From: a virus
IMG/VR virus record: IMGVR_UViG_3300005529_000026
Coordinates: 30,357-94,356 of that record
Reading direction: 5' to 3' (one strand)
DNA: 64,000 nt
In this document: piece by piece, positions 48,891 through 58,549 of the stretch
Layout: each line of letters begins with the position of its first letter
How positions within the stretch are numbered: the first letter of the stretch is position 1
Translations under genes and position numbers: made by a program
Notes under the pieces: model-generated
Seen by the model: only the letters and a program-made list of their open reading frames with translations
The model's database searches: none
Told to the model about the DNA's origin: nothing

Positions 48891-49316
48891 TCATCGGTCT
48901 CCTCGCATAAACACAATGAACAGGTCGGCTAACCCACACTGCGCCTTAGGATGCAAATAGGTTTCGGGAAAGCGCACGTAAGGGCGCTTGTTCATCGTGG
49001 CGGCTTTCGCCAGCATGATTATCATGCCGACGATATGCCGGTAACCCAGCCCTTCGCCCTTCAGCGTGGCCGGAGGTTGGATGTCGGGAAACACGCAATT
49101 CCACGCTTTTTGAAAGACCGGAATTGTCTTGAGCAGCGCCCATTCCGGCTCGCTCAGATTATCGGCAGTCGCTACGGTCTCCGTGGGAGTGATTTCTAGA
49201 ACGTCTTCAGAGAGTGGCTTGAGGTTTACGTCGCCGGAATGACAGATGACGGTGATAGGTTTGGTTTCAACCTCGTGCTCGGTTTCGTTTGCCTTGATGC
49301 GCAGTGTGTTCGGCAT
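48891..49316 (-). CDS. Miniature degenerate ABC-ATPase-like protein
   Basis: KPITVI, G.GY..IV.MII, PETYLHPKAQ..LADL. Confidence 0.55.
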   Translation of the reverse strand: MPNTLRIKANETEHEVETKPITVICHSGDVNLKPLSEDVLEITPTETVATADNLSEPEWALLKTIPVFQKAWNCVFPDIQPPATLKGEGLGYRHIVGMIIMLAKAATMNKRPYVRFPETYLHPKAQCGLADLFIVFMRGDR

Positions 49317-50058
49317 TGGAGTTTCCTTTCAGAATCGTGACACCCCGGTGTTCTTCCAACATCACTTTTAGGTCTGCAACGGAATCATCGGGGTACATCT
49401 CCGGGCGAAACGGGTGCATGTACTCGGCTAGCGTGATGTCTTCGCCCATCATCCAACGGGTCACCGCTTTGTAGCCGTCAGAACAAATTTTGTAGTTGAT
49501 TGGCGTAATGCTAGGGTCAATCAGCTTCATGCCGATGTCCCGCGCCTTCTCCCAGTCAAAGATTGATGCCCGCGTGATTGCGCTAGGCGGAATGAGGCCG
49601 TAGTGACAGCACGTTCCCATGTGGTTCACGGAATGCTGCCACAGGTCGCCGCCGAACCACCAGATGTGCTCGCGGAACCAGATGGTGCGCTCTTTCATCA
49701 GGTTCCCCTTGCCTTTGAGCTTCTTTTCGATGGCAGCTAGGGGTCGCTGAATTCTGGGGTTGTCCCAGTGCTGACCTCGGCTAACCTGCTCTAGAAAGTC
49801 TTCATCAGGAAGCAACAACTGCTGGTCGAGCAGGTCAGTGTCAATTTCCAAGACTCCTAGCTCAGTGCTGTTGTCGTCTTTCGTCGCACAGTGTGCGAAG
49901 TAACCGGCGTAGCAACTGGTTAGATACACGCAATTTGGGTTGCTTTCGACGGTGTGTTTCCAATTGCCATTCTTGTTGGTCAGCCCGGCTCGCGGTTTCA
50001 GCCCTTCTTTCAAAGCTAGGCGGGCCACTTCAGCGCTCGTGCCGTGGTAGAGCTTCAT
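49267..50058 (-). CDS. ADP-ribosyltransferase-fold protein
   Basis: LYHGTS...GLKP...VYLT...A..FA...LEID, IPP..I. Confidence 0.6.
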   Translation of the reverse strand: MKLYHGTSAEVARLALKEGLKPRAGLTNKNGNWKHTVESNPNCVYLTSCYAGYFAHCATKDDNSTELGVLEIDTDLLDQQLLLPDEDFLEQVSRGQHWDNPRIQRPLAAIEKKLKGKGNLMKERTIWFREHIWWFGGDLWQHSVNHMGTCCHYGLIPPSAITRASIFDWEKARDIGMKLIDPSITPINYKICSDGYKAVTRWMMGEDITLAEYMHPFRPEMYPDDSVADLKVMLEEHRGVTILKGNSNAEHTAHQGKRNRARG

Positions 50059-50273
50059 GGAGTGTGTAATTCTCCCTTCTGAGGCTCGCTAGCCTCTCGC
50101 TTTAGTGCTGCGCGTAACTGCCGTGTGAGATAGCGCACAGTGGAGGCGGGAACGCGGCCTTGGTGCATCCCGGCGGCTCCCAACATCTCAAACTCCCGAA
50201 CAATGCGCTCAACTGAGCCGGTGGGCGCTGCTTCGACATATTCCTTCGCCGCTTGTTTTCGAGAATTCATTTT

Positions 50274-50588
50274 CTAGGAAACCTCCTTCCCCGGTCGGCA
50301 AATAATGACATCACCTACGATTACATCGTATTGGCGATGCAAGTACAGCTTGGTCGCTGTTTCATTGAACGGAAGACGCTTGCGCTTGCCGTCTTCGTTG
50401 ACGAACATCACATCTCCGGGTTGGATGTCATCATCTCCACCTAGATGTGCGAATCTGCCGGGCTGAATCGCATACACGGCCTCGATGTACTCGCCCACGA
50501 ACCCCTGCAATTCTTCTAGCGTGAACTCCATACCGTTCTTAGGAGTCACGCGCTGCACATCACCGTTTGTTTTGATGAGCACGGCCAT
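50274..50588 (-). CDS. DUF3846-like protein
   Basis: FTLEELQ.FVG.YIE...VNEDG...LP.N..AT...IVGDV. Confidence 0.75.
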   Translation of the reverse strand: MAVLIKTNGDVQRVTPKNGMEFTLEELQGFVGEYIEAVYAIQPGRFAHLGGDDDIQPGDVMFVNEDGKRKRLPFNETATKLYLHRQYDVIVGDVIICRPGKEVS

Positions 50589-51024
50589 TTGTGAAATCCT
50601 CCACGGAAGTATAGCGCCAGTTATGGAAAGGCGTGCGCCACATACTCTCTGGCAACTGCTGTAGACGTGTCATTTGCCCGTTCTCGTAAAATGGTTCAAA
50701 CACCGTGATGTGGAAGTGGCCTTCATAGCAACGTACAGCGTAGATGAAGACAACTTCCTGCTCTAGCGGCGTAGAAGCATCCTCGATGAATGCTGTAAAC
50801 ATCGAAGACGAAGTTTTACCGTATTTTGCGACGTACCGTGTTGCCACAGCAGTCGTCTGCCTAGTGGGAGCCATGTTCTTTAGGCGCTCAGCCACACCTA
50901 ATCTCGTAGCGGCGCTTGTCGGAAAGCCGTTATGTGAGCAGTATACCCGCGCCGTTGGGATGTCGTCATCCGCCTCATAAAATTCTATGTAGGCGTTTGT
51001 TGGGAAGCGCTCGCGGTTTGCCAT
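50560..51024 (-). CDS. Hypothetical phage early protein
   Basis: GGAG RBS; YCSHNGFP motif. Confidence 0.5.
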   Translation of the reverse strand: MANRERFPTNAYIEFYEADDDIPTARVYCSHNGFPTSAATRLGVAERLKNMAPTRQTTAVATRYVAKYGKTSSSMFTAFIEDASTPLEQEVVFIYAVRCYEGHFHITVFEPFYENGQMTRLQQLPESMWRTPFHNWRYTSVEDFTNGRAHQNKR

Positions 51025-51130
51025 ATCGTTTCTCTCCGGCTTATATCCGGCTTATAGGAGTGTGCGAATGCCCAGCCTTAGAGCACACGTCTCTAGGGCT
51101 GAGGAACCGCACACGCGGTTCCGTCTAGCT

Positions 51131-51595
51131 TTACGCCTGTCCCGGCGTCGGGCGCTGGAGCTTCATAATCCGCTCCAACTCCTCGATGTCCTTTCGGTCG
51201 CCTTCGCTGAGATTCTCGCCTTCGCTCAGCGCTGGCATGGCTTCCTGCTCCATCTTCGCCGCGACCGCATCCACCTGCTGCTGAAGCTGCTCGTACGGGA
51301 TACCCATGACTTCAGCAATGACTCTCAGCTTCTTCTCGCGTTCGGCCTTCCGGCGCGACTCCGGGTAAAACGTTGCCACCTGACCAACGTTGTAGCTGCC
51401 GATGAACTTGAACTCTTTGAAGCCCTTCGACATCTCCGCGAATTCAACGGCACACTCGGTCTCATCGTCCGGGCAAACCGTCACAAGCGCGACTTCTCCG
51501 TTGGACAGCGTTGCCAGATAGAGGTTGTGTTTGTGGTTGTCGTCCTGCTGCGAAGCGCCATTGCTCGCGCCGGGGTTGTTGTTCGGCTCTGACAT
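51131..51595 (-). CDS. Hypothetical protein
   Basis: AGGAG RBS. Confidence 0.55.
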   Translation of the reverse strand: MSEPNNNPGASNGASQQDDNHKHNLYLATLSNGEVALVTVCPDDETECAVEFAEMSKGFKEFKFIGSYNVGQVATFYPESRRKAEREKKLRVIAEVMGIPYEQLQQQVDAVAAKMEQEAMPALSEGENLSEGDRKDIEELERIMKLQRPTPGQA

Positions 51596-52451
51596 AGAAC
51601 TCTCTCCTAGATGTTTGTTTTTGGGATTTGTGGAACTGGCGGGAAATTGGCGGGCCTAGAAGCTCAGGGTGCGGACGCGAATCGTGCGCCAGCGGTTCAT
51701 GCGGTGCGACCAAACGAGGTATTCACGGACTGCCTCATTCGAGATAGTGGGAATGACGGGCATGGTCATGCGGCTACGCATTCTTTGTCTCCCTTCTCTG
51801 GGTCTAGAATCGGATTGACGTTCTCGCGGGTCAGCACAATGGTGAAACTCGTGTCATCAGGAAACCGGGCTTGAATCTTGGTGCGAGCCTCGGCTTCGCT
51901 AGAGGCGCGTACGAAGTACATGGGTGTGCGCTCCTCGTGTGGGACTTCAGTGTTTGGACGGCCTTGCGTCCAACGGTTGTCGCGGGTGCAGCCATATTCG
52001 TTCAGCATCTAGAGCCTCCTAGTTAACGCTCCTCACCATCAGGATGGCGTTGATGACTTGCTCATCAGACATTTCAAGGTTGGACAGCATTGAGTGTCCG
52101 TCATACTCGTAGCGCCAGAACCCGTTATGGAATCGGCGCGTGACGGTCTCTTTTTGTGGAAACAGGCGGTGCAGTAGCGCTCTAAAGAAGTGCATCACGC
52201 TCTCCCATAGAGTCTGCGGTTGACGCCCGATGTAGGCTTTCCCGACACCACAGCCCACTGCGTTGGGTGCTGCTTCATCCAATGCAGCAGTGAGTGCAGG
52301 TCTGCATGCTGTGCAACCAGCGCTTCCATTTGGTTAGCGTCGAGGACGGCAATCTTGCTGCCGCTGCGTGCCTCGAACTGGTTATCTAGCCGTTCGCGTA
52401 TTTCCAGCATAGCTCCTCCCACTTATGGATTTACTTGCCTGTCTACGGCTT

Positions 52452-52778
52452 TTAAGCAGTTGCTCCAATGCCTTGCGGTTTCAGTCCGTACTTGCGCATG
52501 ATGCGCTCGATGAGGAACCACGTTGAACGCAAACCTAGCGAGCTAGAGCCGAACGCTTTCACCTGTGCAAGCTCTTTCCGATAGGATTCGTACATGGCTT
52601 CCAAGTCATAGCCTTCTGTGCGGGCGTACTCGATGGCTTCATCGTACAGACCAAACTGAATTGCTTTGTGAACACTCAGCAACACTTTGGCTGCATGCTT
52701 ATGTCCGGGTGCAGGCGAGCCGTCTTCTTGCAAGTGCGCTTTGCGAATGTTGCGGACGAACGAGGTTGTGACTCTCAT
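52452..52778 (-). CDS. Hypothetical protein
   Basis: Coupled to the upstream gene. Confidence 0.5.
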   Translation of the reverse strand: MRVTTSFVRNIRKAHLQEDGSPAPGHKHAAKVLLSVHKAIQFGLYDEAIEYARTEGYDLEAMYESYRKELAQVKAFGSSSLGLRSTWFLIERIMRKYGLKPQGIGATA

Positions 52779-53689
52779 ACTGCCGCTCCTTCAGAGATTG
52801 GGACGCCTTGCTCCGTGAGTTGCTTCAGTATCCACGCCTTTGCGCTTTCGGGTGTGTCCCACTGCGATTGTCCCCACATTGCCCCGGCTAGGTAAATGTC
52901 CCCTTGCTCGTGCTCCTCAATTTCCTCAACGGAGCCGTAGCCGGGCGTGAACGGCATCACTTCCTTGATGCCTTCCTGCACCGAGAACATCAGCCGACGC
53001 AGCATGGACGGGTGCGCCATACCGAAGATGACGCGGCCCAAGTCTAGAGGTTGGTCGGCATTCTTGACGCGGATGTGAGCTTCGTAGATGTAACGCTTCT
53101 TCTGTTTGTGAAACCCAGAAGTATCTACGATGTCGAGAATCACGGCGCGGCCAGCGGCCTCAAACAAATCCACCAGCGCTGCCACTGCTGCGCCGCGATT
53201 GATGAGCACTCCGCTAGACACGCCACCCGAAGCACTGACATTGAAAACGATGTGGATGAACTTCTTCCCGCCGGAGCCTTCTTCTTCGTGCGTCTCCGTA
53301 TACATCCAGCACTCTGGTACACCTTGATTCACCAGAGCGATATCGTAATCGTTGCCAGTAACGTCAAACAGCACTTCAGGTTTTTCGATTACCTGACTCA
53401 GACGGTTGTAGAGAGAGGCAGTGAAGTTCTTAGCTTTGTCTAGACCTTCCTGCCAGCCTTCAGTTGCGAGCTTCACGGCTTCTTCAAATGTTTTGGTCTC
53501 CGCGAACTTTTCGGCTTCTCTGCCAGTAGCACGGCTCTGCGCCTGTTGATGGTAATAGTTGTCGTAATTGATGCGCTCTGTGCGGTTGATTGCGAAGTTG
53601 AGAAACTCGCCCCAGTGTTCAAACTTGATTTTGAGGCGGGTGTTTTCGTTTTCGTCTACGTTCTCTAACAGGTTGTATTCGGCTGCCAC
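52775..53689 (-). CDS. vWA-like partner of MoxR AAA (paralogue 1)
   Basis: FDVTG.DYDI.LVNQGVPECW, N.S.SGGVS, RGAAV, QPLD..R..F..AHPS..RRL. Confidence 0.7.
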   Translation of the reverse strand: MAAEYNLLENVDENENTRLKIKFEHWGEFLNFAINRTERINYDNYYHQQAQSRATGREAEKFAETKTFEEAVKLATEGWQEGLDKAKNFTASLYNRLSQVIEKPEVLFDVTGNDYDIALVNQGVPECWMYTETHEEEGSGGKKFIHIVFNVSASGGVSSGVLINRGAAVAALVDLFEAAGRAVILDIVDTSGFHKQKKRYIYEAHIRVKNADQPLDLGRVIFGMAHPSMLRRLMFSVQEGIKEVMPFTPGYGSVEEIEEHEQGDIYLAGAMWGQSQWDTPESAKAWILKQLTEQGVPISEGAAV

Positions 53690-53712
53690 GTCACACCCCC
53701 CATTTATGGGAA

Positions 53713-54258
53713 TTACATGCTGTCAACCAAATCCTTTGCTTCCTTGAGTCCCAGCGATGTCACTTCGCGGATGCGCTTGATTGCTTCTAGCTTGCGTCCG
53801 TGGTAGACCAGTTCTTTTGCTTCTGCATACACAAGCGGAGGCAGACTAGTTGCCGCATGTCCGGTGCGATGAATTGCACGCTTTGCAATTTCGTCTACTA
53901 CCGCCTTTGACTCTGCGAGTCCCAGACCAGCAGTGTCGCGCACTTGCTTGATGCATTGAATTCGGACGCCAACCTGAGCGTTGGCTTCGTCATCACTCAG
54001 AGTGCCGTAGATGGTGTCATACAGCGAGCGCGGTATGCGCCAGCCCGCTACGGTCACCACTGCGGCGTGCTCATGCTGAAAGCCACCAATGAGCGCAGCG
54101 TTAATCTGCTCGCCTAATTCAGCTAGCTCGGAGCGACTCATGTTCGCAGCTACGTTGATGCCTTCCTGCTCACCAATGTGCAGGATGAATGACTCACCAC
54201 TTTTCACAATGAGAGATTGCATAACGGTGTCTCCAACTATGGTGTCAAACCGTCCCAT
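53713..54258 (-). CDS. Protein with two ribosomal bL12 (L7/L12) C-terminal-like domains
   Basis: RIQCIKQVRDTAGLGLAESKAVVD and KLEAIKRIREVTSLGLKEAKDLVD. Confidence 0.8.
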   Translation of the reverse strand: MGRFDTIVGDTVMQSLIVKSGESFILHIGEQEGINVAANMSRSELAELGEQINAALIGGFQHEHAAVVTVAGWRIPRSLYDTIYGTLSDDEANAQVGVRIQCIKQVRDTAGLGLAESKAVVDEIAKRAIHRTGHAATSLPPLVYAEAKELVYHGRKLEAIKRIREVTSLGLKEAKDLVDSM

Positions 54259-54369
54259 TCGCCTCTCTCACGCGCACTCCCGTCCTAGCTTGCTACACGG
54301 TTTCACGAGTGAAAAAGGCGAACGCGCCGGTTAGCGCGTTAGACCTGCACAGTGTGCAGTTCTAGAGTT

Positions 54370-54666
54370 CTAGGCGATTGCTGCTGTGGTCTGCTCGGCG
54401 GGCGTTTCTTCCACTGCGGGTTTCGGATTATCCCACAGTTCTGCGGCCAGTGCCTTCCAGCCGGGCACGGCATTCAAGCGCTGCATTGCGTCTTTCGCAT
54501 CTTTCCCCTTGACGCAGACATACGTGCGGCCAGCACCAGTGTGCTGAGCGCTCACCCGGAAGAATGGAAGCGCGTTGCACGGTTCGCAGAAAAGCATCTG
54601 CTCGTTCACTTTCGCGGTTGCCGGAGCGTTGCCGCACAGAATGCACATTTCTTTTTCGAGCGCCAT
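54370..54666 (-). CDS. Zn-finger protein
   Basis: CILC...CEPC. Confidence 0.55.
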   Translation of the reverse strand: MALEKEMCILCGNAPATAKVNEQMLFCEPCNALPFFRVSAQHTGAGRTYVCVKGKDAKDAMQRLNAVPGWKALAAELWDNPKPAVEETPAEQTTAAIA

Positions 54667-54667
54667 G

Positions 54668-55021
54668 TTACTTGCTCCCTTCTGTTTTGGAATTTGCAGC
54701 AGAGTCCAAGCCTTGCTCGCCCATTGCTTGAATGAACGTCAAAGCCGCGTAGAGAAAAAATCCGTTCCACGCGAGAAACAGCATGCCTGCGATGTCCGTA
54801 CCCAGACGGAAAGCCGCTGGTACAGGATGGTTGGCGAAACACTTCTGTTTCTTTTCGAGGGAGGAAAACTGCGCGAGCATGGTGCAGATGAATAGGAACC
54901 ATGCGAGAAACTTGAAAAGATTCAGAGCGCCCGCGTTGTGTCCGTGAATCCCTGCCCACGCAGCGAACCAGTAACCCCCGGTGCAGATTGCCCAGCCTAG
55001 TGCGCGATTGAATTGCTTCAT
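54668..55021 (-). CDS. Membrane protein
   Basis: Three to four hydrophobic segments. Confidence 0.55.
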   Translation of the reverse strand: MKQFNRALGWAICTGGYWFAAWAGIHGHNAGALNLFKFLAWFLFICTMLAQFSSLEKKQKCFANHPVPAAFRLGTDIAGMLFLAWNGFFLYAALTFIQAMGEQGLDSAANSKTEGSK

Positions 55022-55027
55022 AGCTCT

Positions 55028-55693
55028 CTAGTTGCTCCCTTCTCCGCTAGACGCAGCGGAAGACTTCTTCAGCAGTTGCAGCACAGCTTCGGCGGTATCC
55101 GCATCCACGCTGGACAATTTGATTTCCACGGAGTTGCCGCTTGTCACAAGGACATCGCAGTAGCAGGTAAAGCCATCACTGCGCGGATAGGCGCGTATCT
55201 CGCCGCGCCCCTTCTCCGGCGCTTGCACGCCTAGGATACGCGCTAGACGTTCGGCGGTGTGATGCTGCTGTATTTCGTGTTCTTCGTTGCGGGCGTGCCT
55301 TTCACGCGCTACCGCCAGCAGTTCCAAATAGCTGGGGAGAAAGCGCCGCGTGATTTCCTTTGCGATGGTTTCGCCGCCGCGCTCATGGGCAATCGTGATT
55401 TCCGGTCGAGTCGCGCCATATGGTAGATTGGAGTATCCGCCCGGATAATTCCCGCTGATGCTCACGCGAGTGCGGTCATTCCAGCAGAAGGTAATGTCAA
55501 TCGAGGCATCACCTTTGAAAATGACACGCCCGGTAGAGTTTGGGTGCTGGCGCGGTGCTACTTGCCAGCCGTCACCTAGCGCTTTTGCGATTGCTGGCGC
55601 TAGCTTGTCCATTGTTACGCGCTTCCAGTCTTCCTGCTCCTGAGAGCGCATCGAATTCCATTGCATAGTGTCCATTGTGGCTAAGCCTCCCAA
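55028..55693 (-). CDS. Hypothetical protein
   Basis: Long ORF in operon orientation; true start probably slightly downstream. Confidence 0.55.
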   Translation of the reverse strand: MGGLATMDTMQWNSMRSQEQEDWKRVTMDKLAPAIAKALGDGWQVAPRQHPNSTGRVIFKGDASIDITFCWNDRTRVSISGNYPGGYSNLPYGATRPEITIAHERGGETIAKEITRRFLPSYLELLAVARERHARNEEHEIQQHHTAERLARILGVQAPEKGRGEIRAYPRSDGFTCYCDVLVTSGNSVEIKLSSVDADTAEAVLQLLKKSSAASSGEGSN

Positions 55694-56177
55694 TGATGGT
55701 TTGATGGTTTTCTAGAAAACTGTCCCGTTTTCCCCTCGCCTCTCCGGGCTGCTACCACGGCAGCATTCGGAGCGGGTGGTAGAGGGGAAGACGCGGCCTT
55801 TTTCTAGGTTGGAAAAATCCGGCCCTAGGTGAGCGCCTAGAGCCGGGCTTCGAGGAGCGCCGATTTTTACTCGGCAGTGAACCCTATTGCGCGGGGTTTC
55901 GGCAGCATGAGAACATCAACCCCGCGCTCCGCGAGTTCCATTGCTTCGCGTTTCGGGATTGGCTGCGAGCCGAAAATGTCCGGTGCGATGAATTGCACGC
56001 GATTGCCCAGCACTTCGGAAAACATGGCGATACCTTCCGGTGTCAACGAACGCGCAAACTGCGGCATAGAACACTCTCCTGTTATGGTTTTGTGTTTCTA
56101 GGGCTTGCTTGCTGGCGAATTGCGGGAGGAAAAAATAGGCCGGGCGATATTCTGCCCGGCCTTCGGTTTGGCGAGTA

Positions 56178-57056
56178 TTACTCGCTAATTTTTACGCCTT
56201 GGGCCTTGAGTTGGTCAATGACCCAGCGCTGCGCCGCTTCCTCAGAAGCCCACTGCGGTTCCGAGTAGAGAGACCCGGCGATGTAGATGTCGCCCTGCAT
56301 TGACTTGGGGACTTCCATTACACGCCCGTAGCTCGAGCTATGTTGCTTCATAAAAGCGTCGTATTCCTCGAAAAGCGAGAAGTGAAGACGGCGGAAGCTA
56401 GCGGGGTGAGCTAGCGCGAACATCAGACGGTCAATATCAAGAGGTTGGTCAGCCGTCTTGATTGTGGTCTGCCAGAGCCAATGCGCGTTAGCGCACGCTA
56501 GGATTACTTCGACGTGATGCCCCGCCAGTTCCAGCAGTTCCACGACAGCGCCGACCGCCGCGCCCTTGCGGGCCATCACGTTCGCAGAGACGCCGCCCGA
56601 TGTGCAGTTATTGAATACGAGCCGGATGAACTTTCCCGGCCCATCTTCCAGTTTTTCCTCAGAGTAGTACCAGCATTCTGGTACACCCTGATTGACTAGG
56701 CCGATGTCGTAATCCTGCCCGGTCACATCAAACTGAATCTCAGCTTTCGCCATGATGCTGCCGATTTTCTCGCGCACCACAGCGGACAGCTTCGCGGCTG
56801 CGCTGCTACCTTCCGGCCATCCTTCGCGGGCCATGCGCAGCGCATCTTCCCAGCTAGCTTTTCCGTACCAGCCGCCGCTTTCGTTTTTGCGGCTTGATAG
56901 CTGGGTTGCGAAGCTGGATTGTGGACGATTAGCAGCGCGTTCCACCATTTCGCCCCAGCTATCAAACTTGATAACTTTCCAGCCGTCTGCCGTTTCGTGA
57001 ATCTCGTTCTTCAGCTTGCGGCATTCTTCGATGGTGCTGCCGTATTTGCGTGCCAT
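56178..57056 (-). CDS. vWA-like partner of MoxR AAA (paralogue 2)
   Basis: Clear paralogue of 52775..53689; directly downstream of the AAA gene. Confidence 0.7.
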   Translation of the reverse strand: MARKYGSTIEECRKLKNEIHETADGWKVIKFDSWGEMVERAANRPQSSFATQLSSRKNESGGWYGKASWEDALRMAREGWPEGSSAAAKLSAVVREKIGSIMAKAEIQFDVTGQDYDIGLVNQGVPECWYYSEEKLEDGPGKFIRLVFNNCTSGGVSANVMARKGAAVGAVVELLELAGHHVEVILACANAHWLWQTTIKTADQPLDIDRLMFALAHPASFRRLHFSLFEEYDAFMKQHSSSYGRVMEVPKSMQGDIYIAGSLYSEPQWASEEAAQRWVIDQLKAQGVKISE

Positions 57057-57136
57057 TTGATTGCCTCGCTTTTTCCAGTTACGGGGTTAGCGTTTCTTGC
57101 TGCCCAACTAGGCGGCTGCTGCTCTTTGAGCAGCCG

Positions 57137-57182
57137 ACTAGCAGAGCAGCAAACGGGTTGCGCTACATTGCAACCCGTTTGC
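57137..57182 (-). terminator. Hairpin after the AAA gene
   Basis: GCAAACGGGTTGC...GCAACCCGTTTGC perfect 13-bp stem. Confidence 0.55.
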
Positions 57183-57193
57183 GTGTCTACTAC

Positions 57194-58549
57194 TTAGGCG
57201 GCTTGCGTTTCAGCCGCTTCCGTCTTGGGCTGCGGCTTGGGTTTCTGCACGGTCTGCACCTTGGGCATCGGGTTGCCCGCGAGGATTTTCGCCTTTGTAT
57301 CAGCGTCAATCCCTTTGAACAGAACCATGTCGGCCACTTTCGACGGCGTAAACTTGCCATCGCGCAGCAGCCGCGCACCTTGGATGCTGGAACGCGGGGA
57401 AGCTACAACCTTGAGATCGAGCCGCTTCACCGTTTCCCGCACAGTCTGCACCCAGTTAATCCAAGGTGCAGCATTGGGGTTTTCCGCCAGAGCCGCCGCC
57501 CGTTCCAATTCCGCATCGTACTCCCACTCGATGAAAACGAAACGTTCGCGGGCTGCGAAGTCTGCACGGTTCCGGCTGCTGTATTGGTCGGATGCACCCA
57601 GCATCGCGGTATTGCCTGCCGCGACACAGATTGCATCTTTGTGGCGCGGGAAGATGCCATGCGGGAAGCTGCACGAACCATTCGTCAGCGCGGTGTTGAG
57701 AGAGGTTTGAAAATTCCCATTCGCGTTATCGTACTCATCGAACAGGAAAACCCCGCCTTGTGTGTACCACTTGAAGAAATCAGTTTCGACGTACTCGCCC
57801 GCCGCGTTCCTGTAGCCCATTACCAGCGAGGGTTGAGACTGATTGTTGAGGGAGATGTGGTAAAATGGCATCTCACGGTTGAGTGCCTTGCTGAGGAGCT
57901 TTGCAAGCTGCGCACAGGCAAACGTTTTGCCGCCGCCTGCACTCCCCATCAAGTAGGGGTTGATTTCCGGGTGAGACTCGCGCAACCCGGCGCGTACGGT
58001 CTCAAAAAGTTCCTCAAGCTGGCGGTGTGTCAATTCCGCCAGTTCTTCTCGTTCGCCCGTTTCGCGGCTTTCCAAAACAATCGTTTTGGTGTGGTCGCGC
58101 AGCGCGGCTTTAACCGCGTCTTCAATGTCTCCCTTGACATTGGACAAATCCACTTTCGCGGAAATCATCCGTTCGATGTGAGGAGCAAGCGCTTGCGCCA
58201 TTACCGCGAACGCATCGCCGCCGTTCTGCTGCTGGGTTGTCGGCTGCTGCTGGGATTCAGACAGAATGCCGCCGCCGCTGCTCTGCTGCTGCGCGGATTC
58301 AGTAGGAATCTGCTGCTGCCCGCTACTGCCGTTCGCATCGGGTGAGCCGTTCCAAACCCGCCCGCTGTGGTAGCTGGCATTCGGGTACTTGTCCGGCTGC
58401 CCGTAGCACTCAAAATGCCGCGAGCTTCCCTTGATTGACGGTGCCCACTTTGTTTTATGGACGCCAGCGAGAATGACTTTCCCGCAAACCTTGCATGCTG
58501 AGTTATACCGTGCCAAACCGTCTGCCATTGTCTTATTCTCCATTGTCAA
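57194..58549 (-). CDS. MoxR/CbbQ-like AAA+ ATPase with N-terminal Zn finger and Q-rich linker
   Basis: GSAGGGKT, FLFDE, AAGNT, D.A.RERF, SPR. Confidence 0.88.
   Translation of the reverse strand: MTMENKTMADGLARYNSACKVCGKVILAGVHKTKWAPSIKGSSRHFECYGQPDKYPNASYHSGRVWNGSPDANGSSGQQQIPTESAQQQSSGGGILSESQQQPTTQQQNGGDAFAVMAQALAPHIERMISAKVDLSNVKGDIEDAVKAALRDHTKTIVLESRETGEREELAELTHRQLEELFETVRAGLRESHPEINPYLMGSAGGGKTFACAQLAKLLSKALNREMPFYHISLNNQSQPSLVMGYRNAAGEYVETDFFKWYTQGGVFLFDEYDNANGNFQTSLNTALTNGSCSFPHGIFPRHKDAICVAAGNTAMLGASDQYSSRNRADFAARERFVFIEWEYDAELERAAALAENPNAAPWINWVQTVRETVKRLDLKVVASPRSSIQGARLLRDGKFTPSKVADMVLFKGIDADTKAKILAGNPMPKVQTVQKPKPQPKTEAAETQAA

Noticed and set aside
57050-58345. 431-aa + strand ORF
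   Set aside because: Antisense shadow of the AAA ATPase with no recognisable motifs. The same applies to most + strand ORFs in 11.4-63.9 kb.
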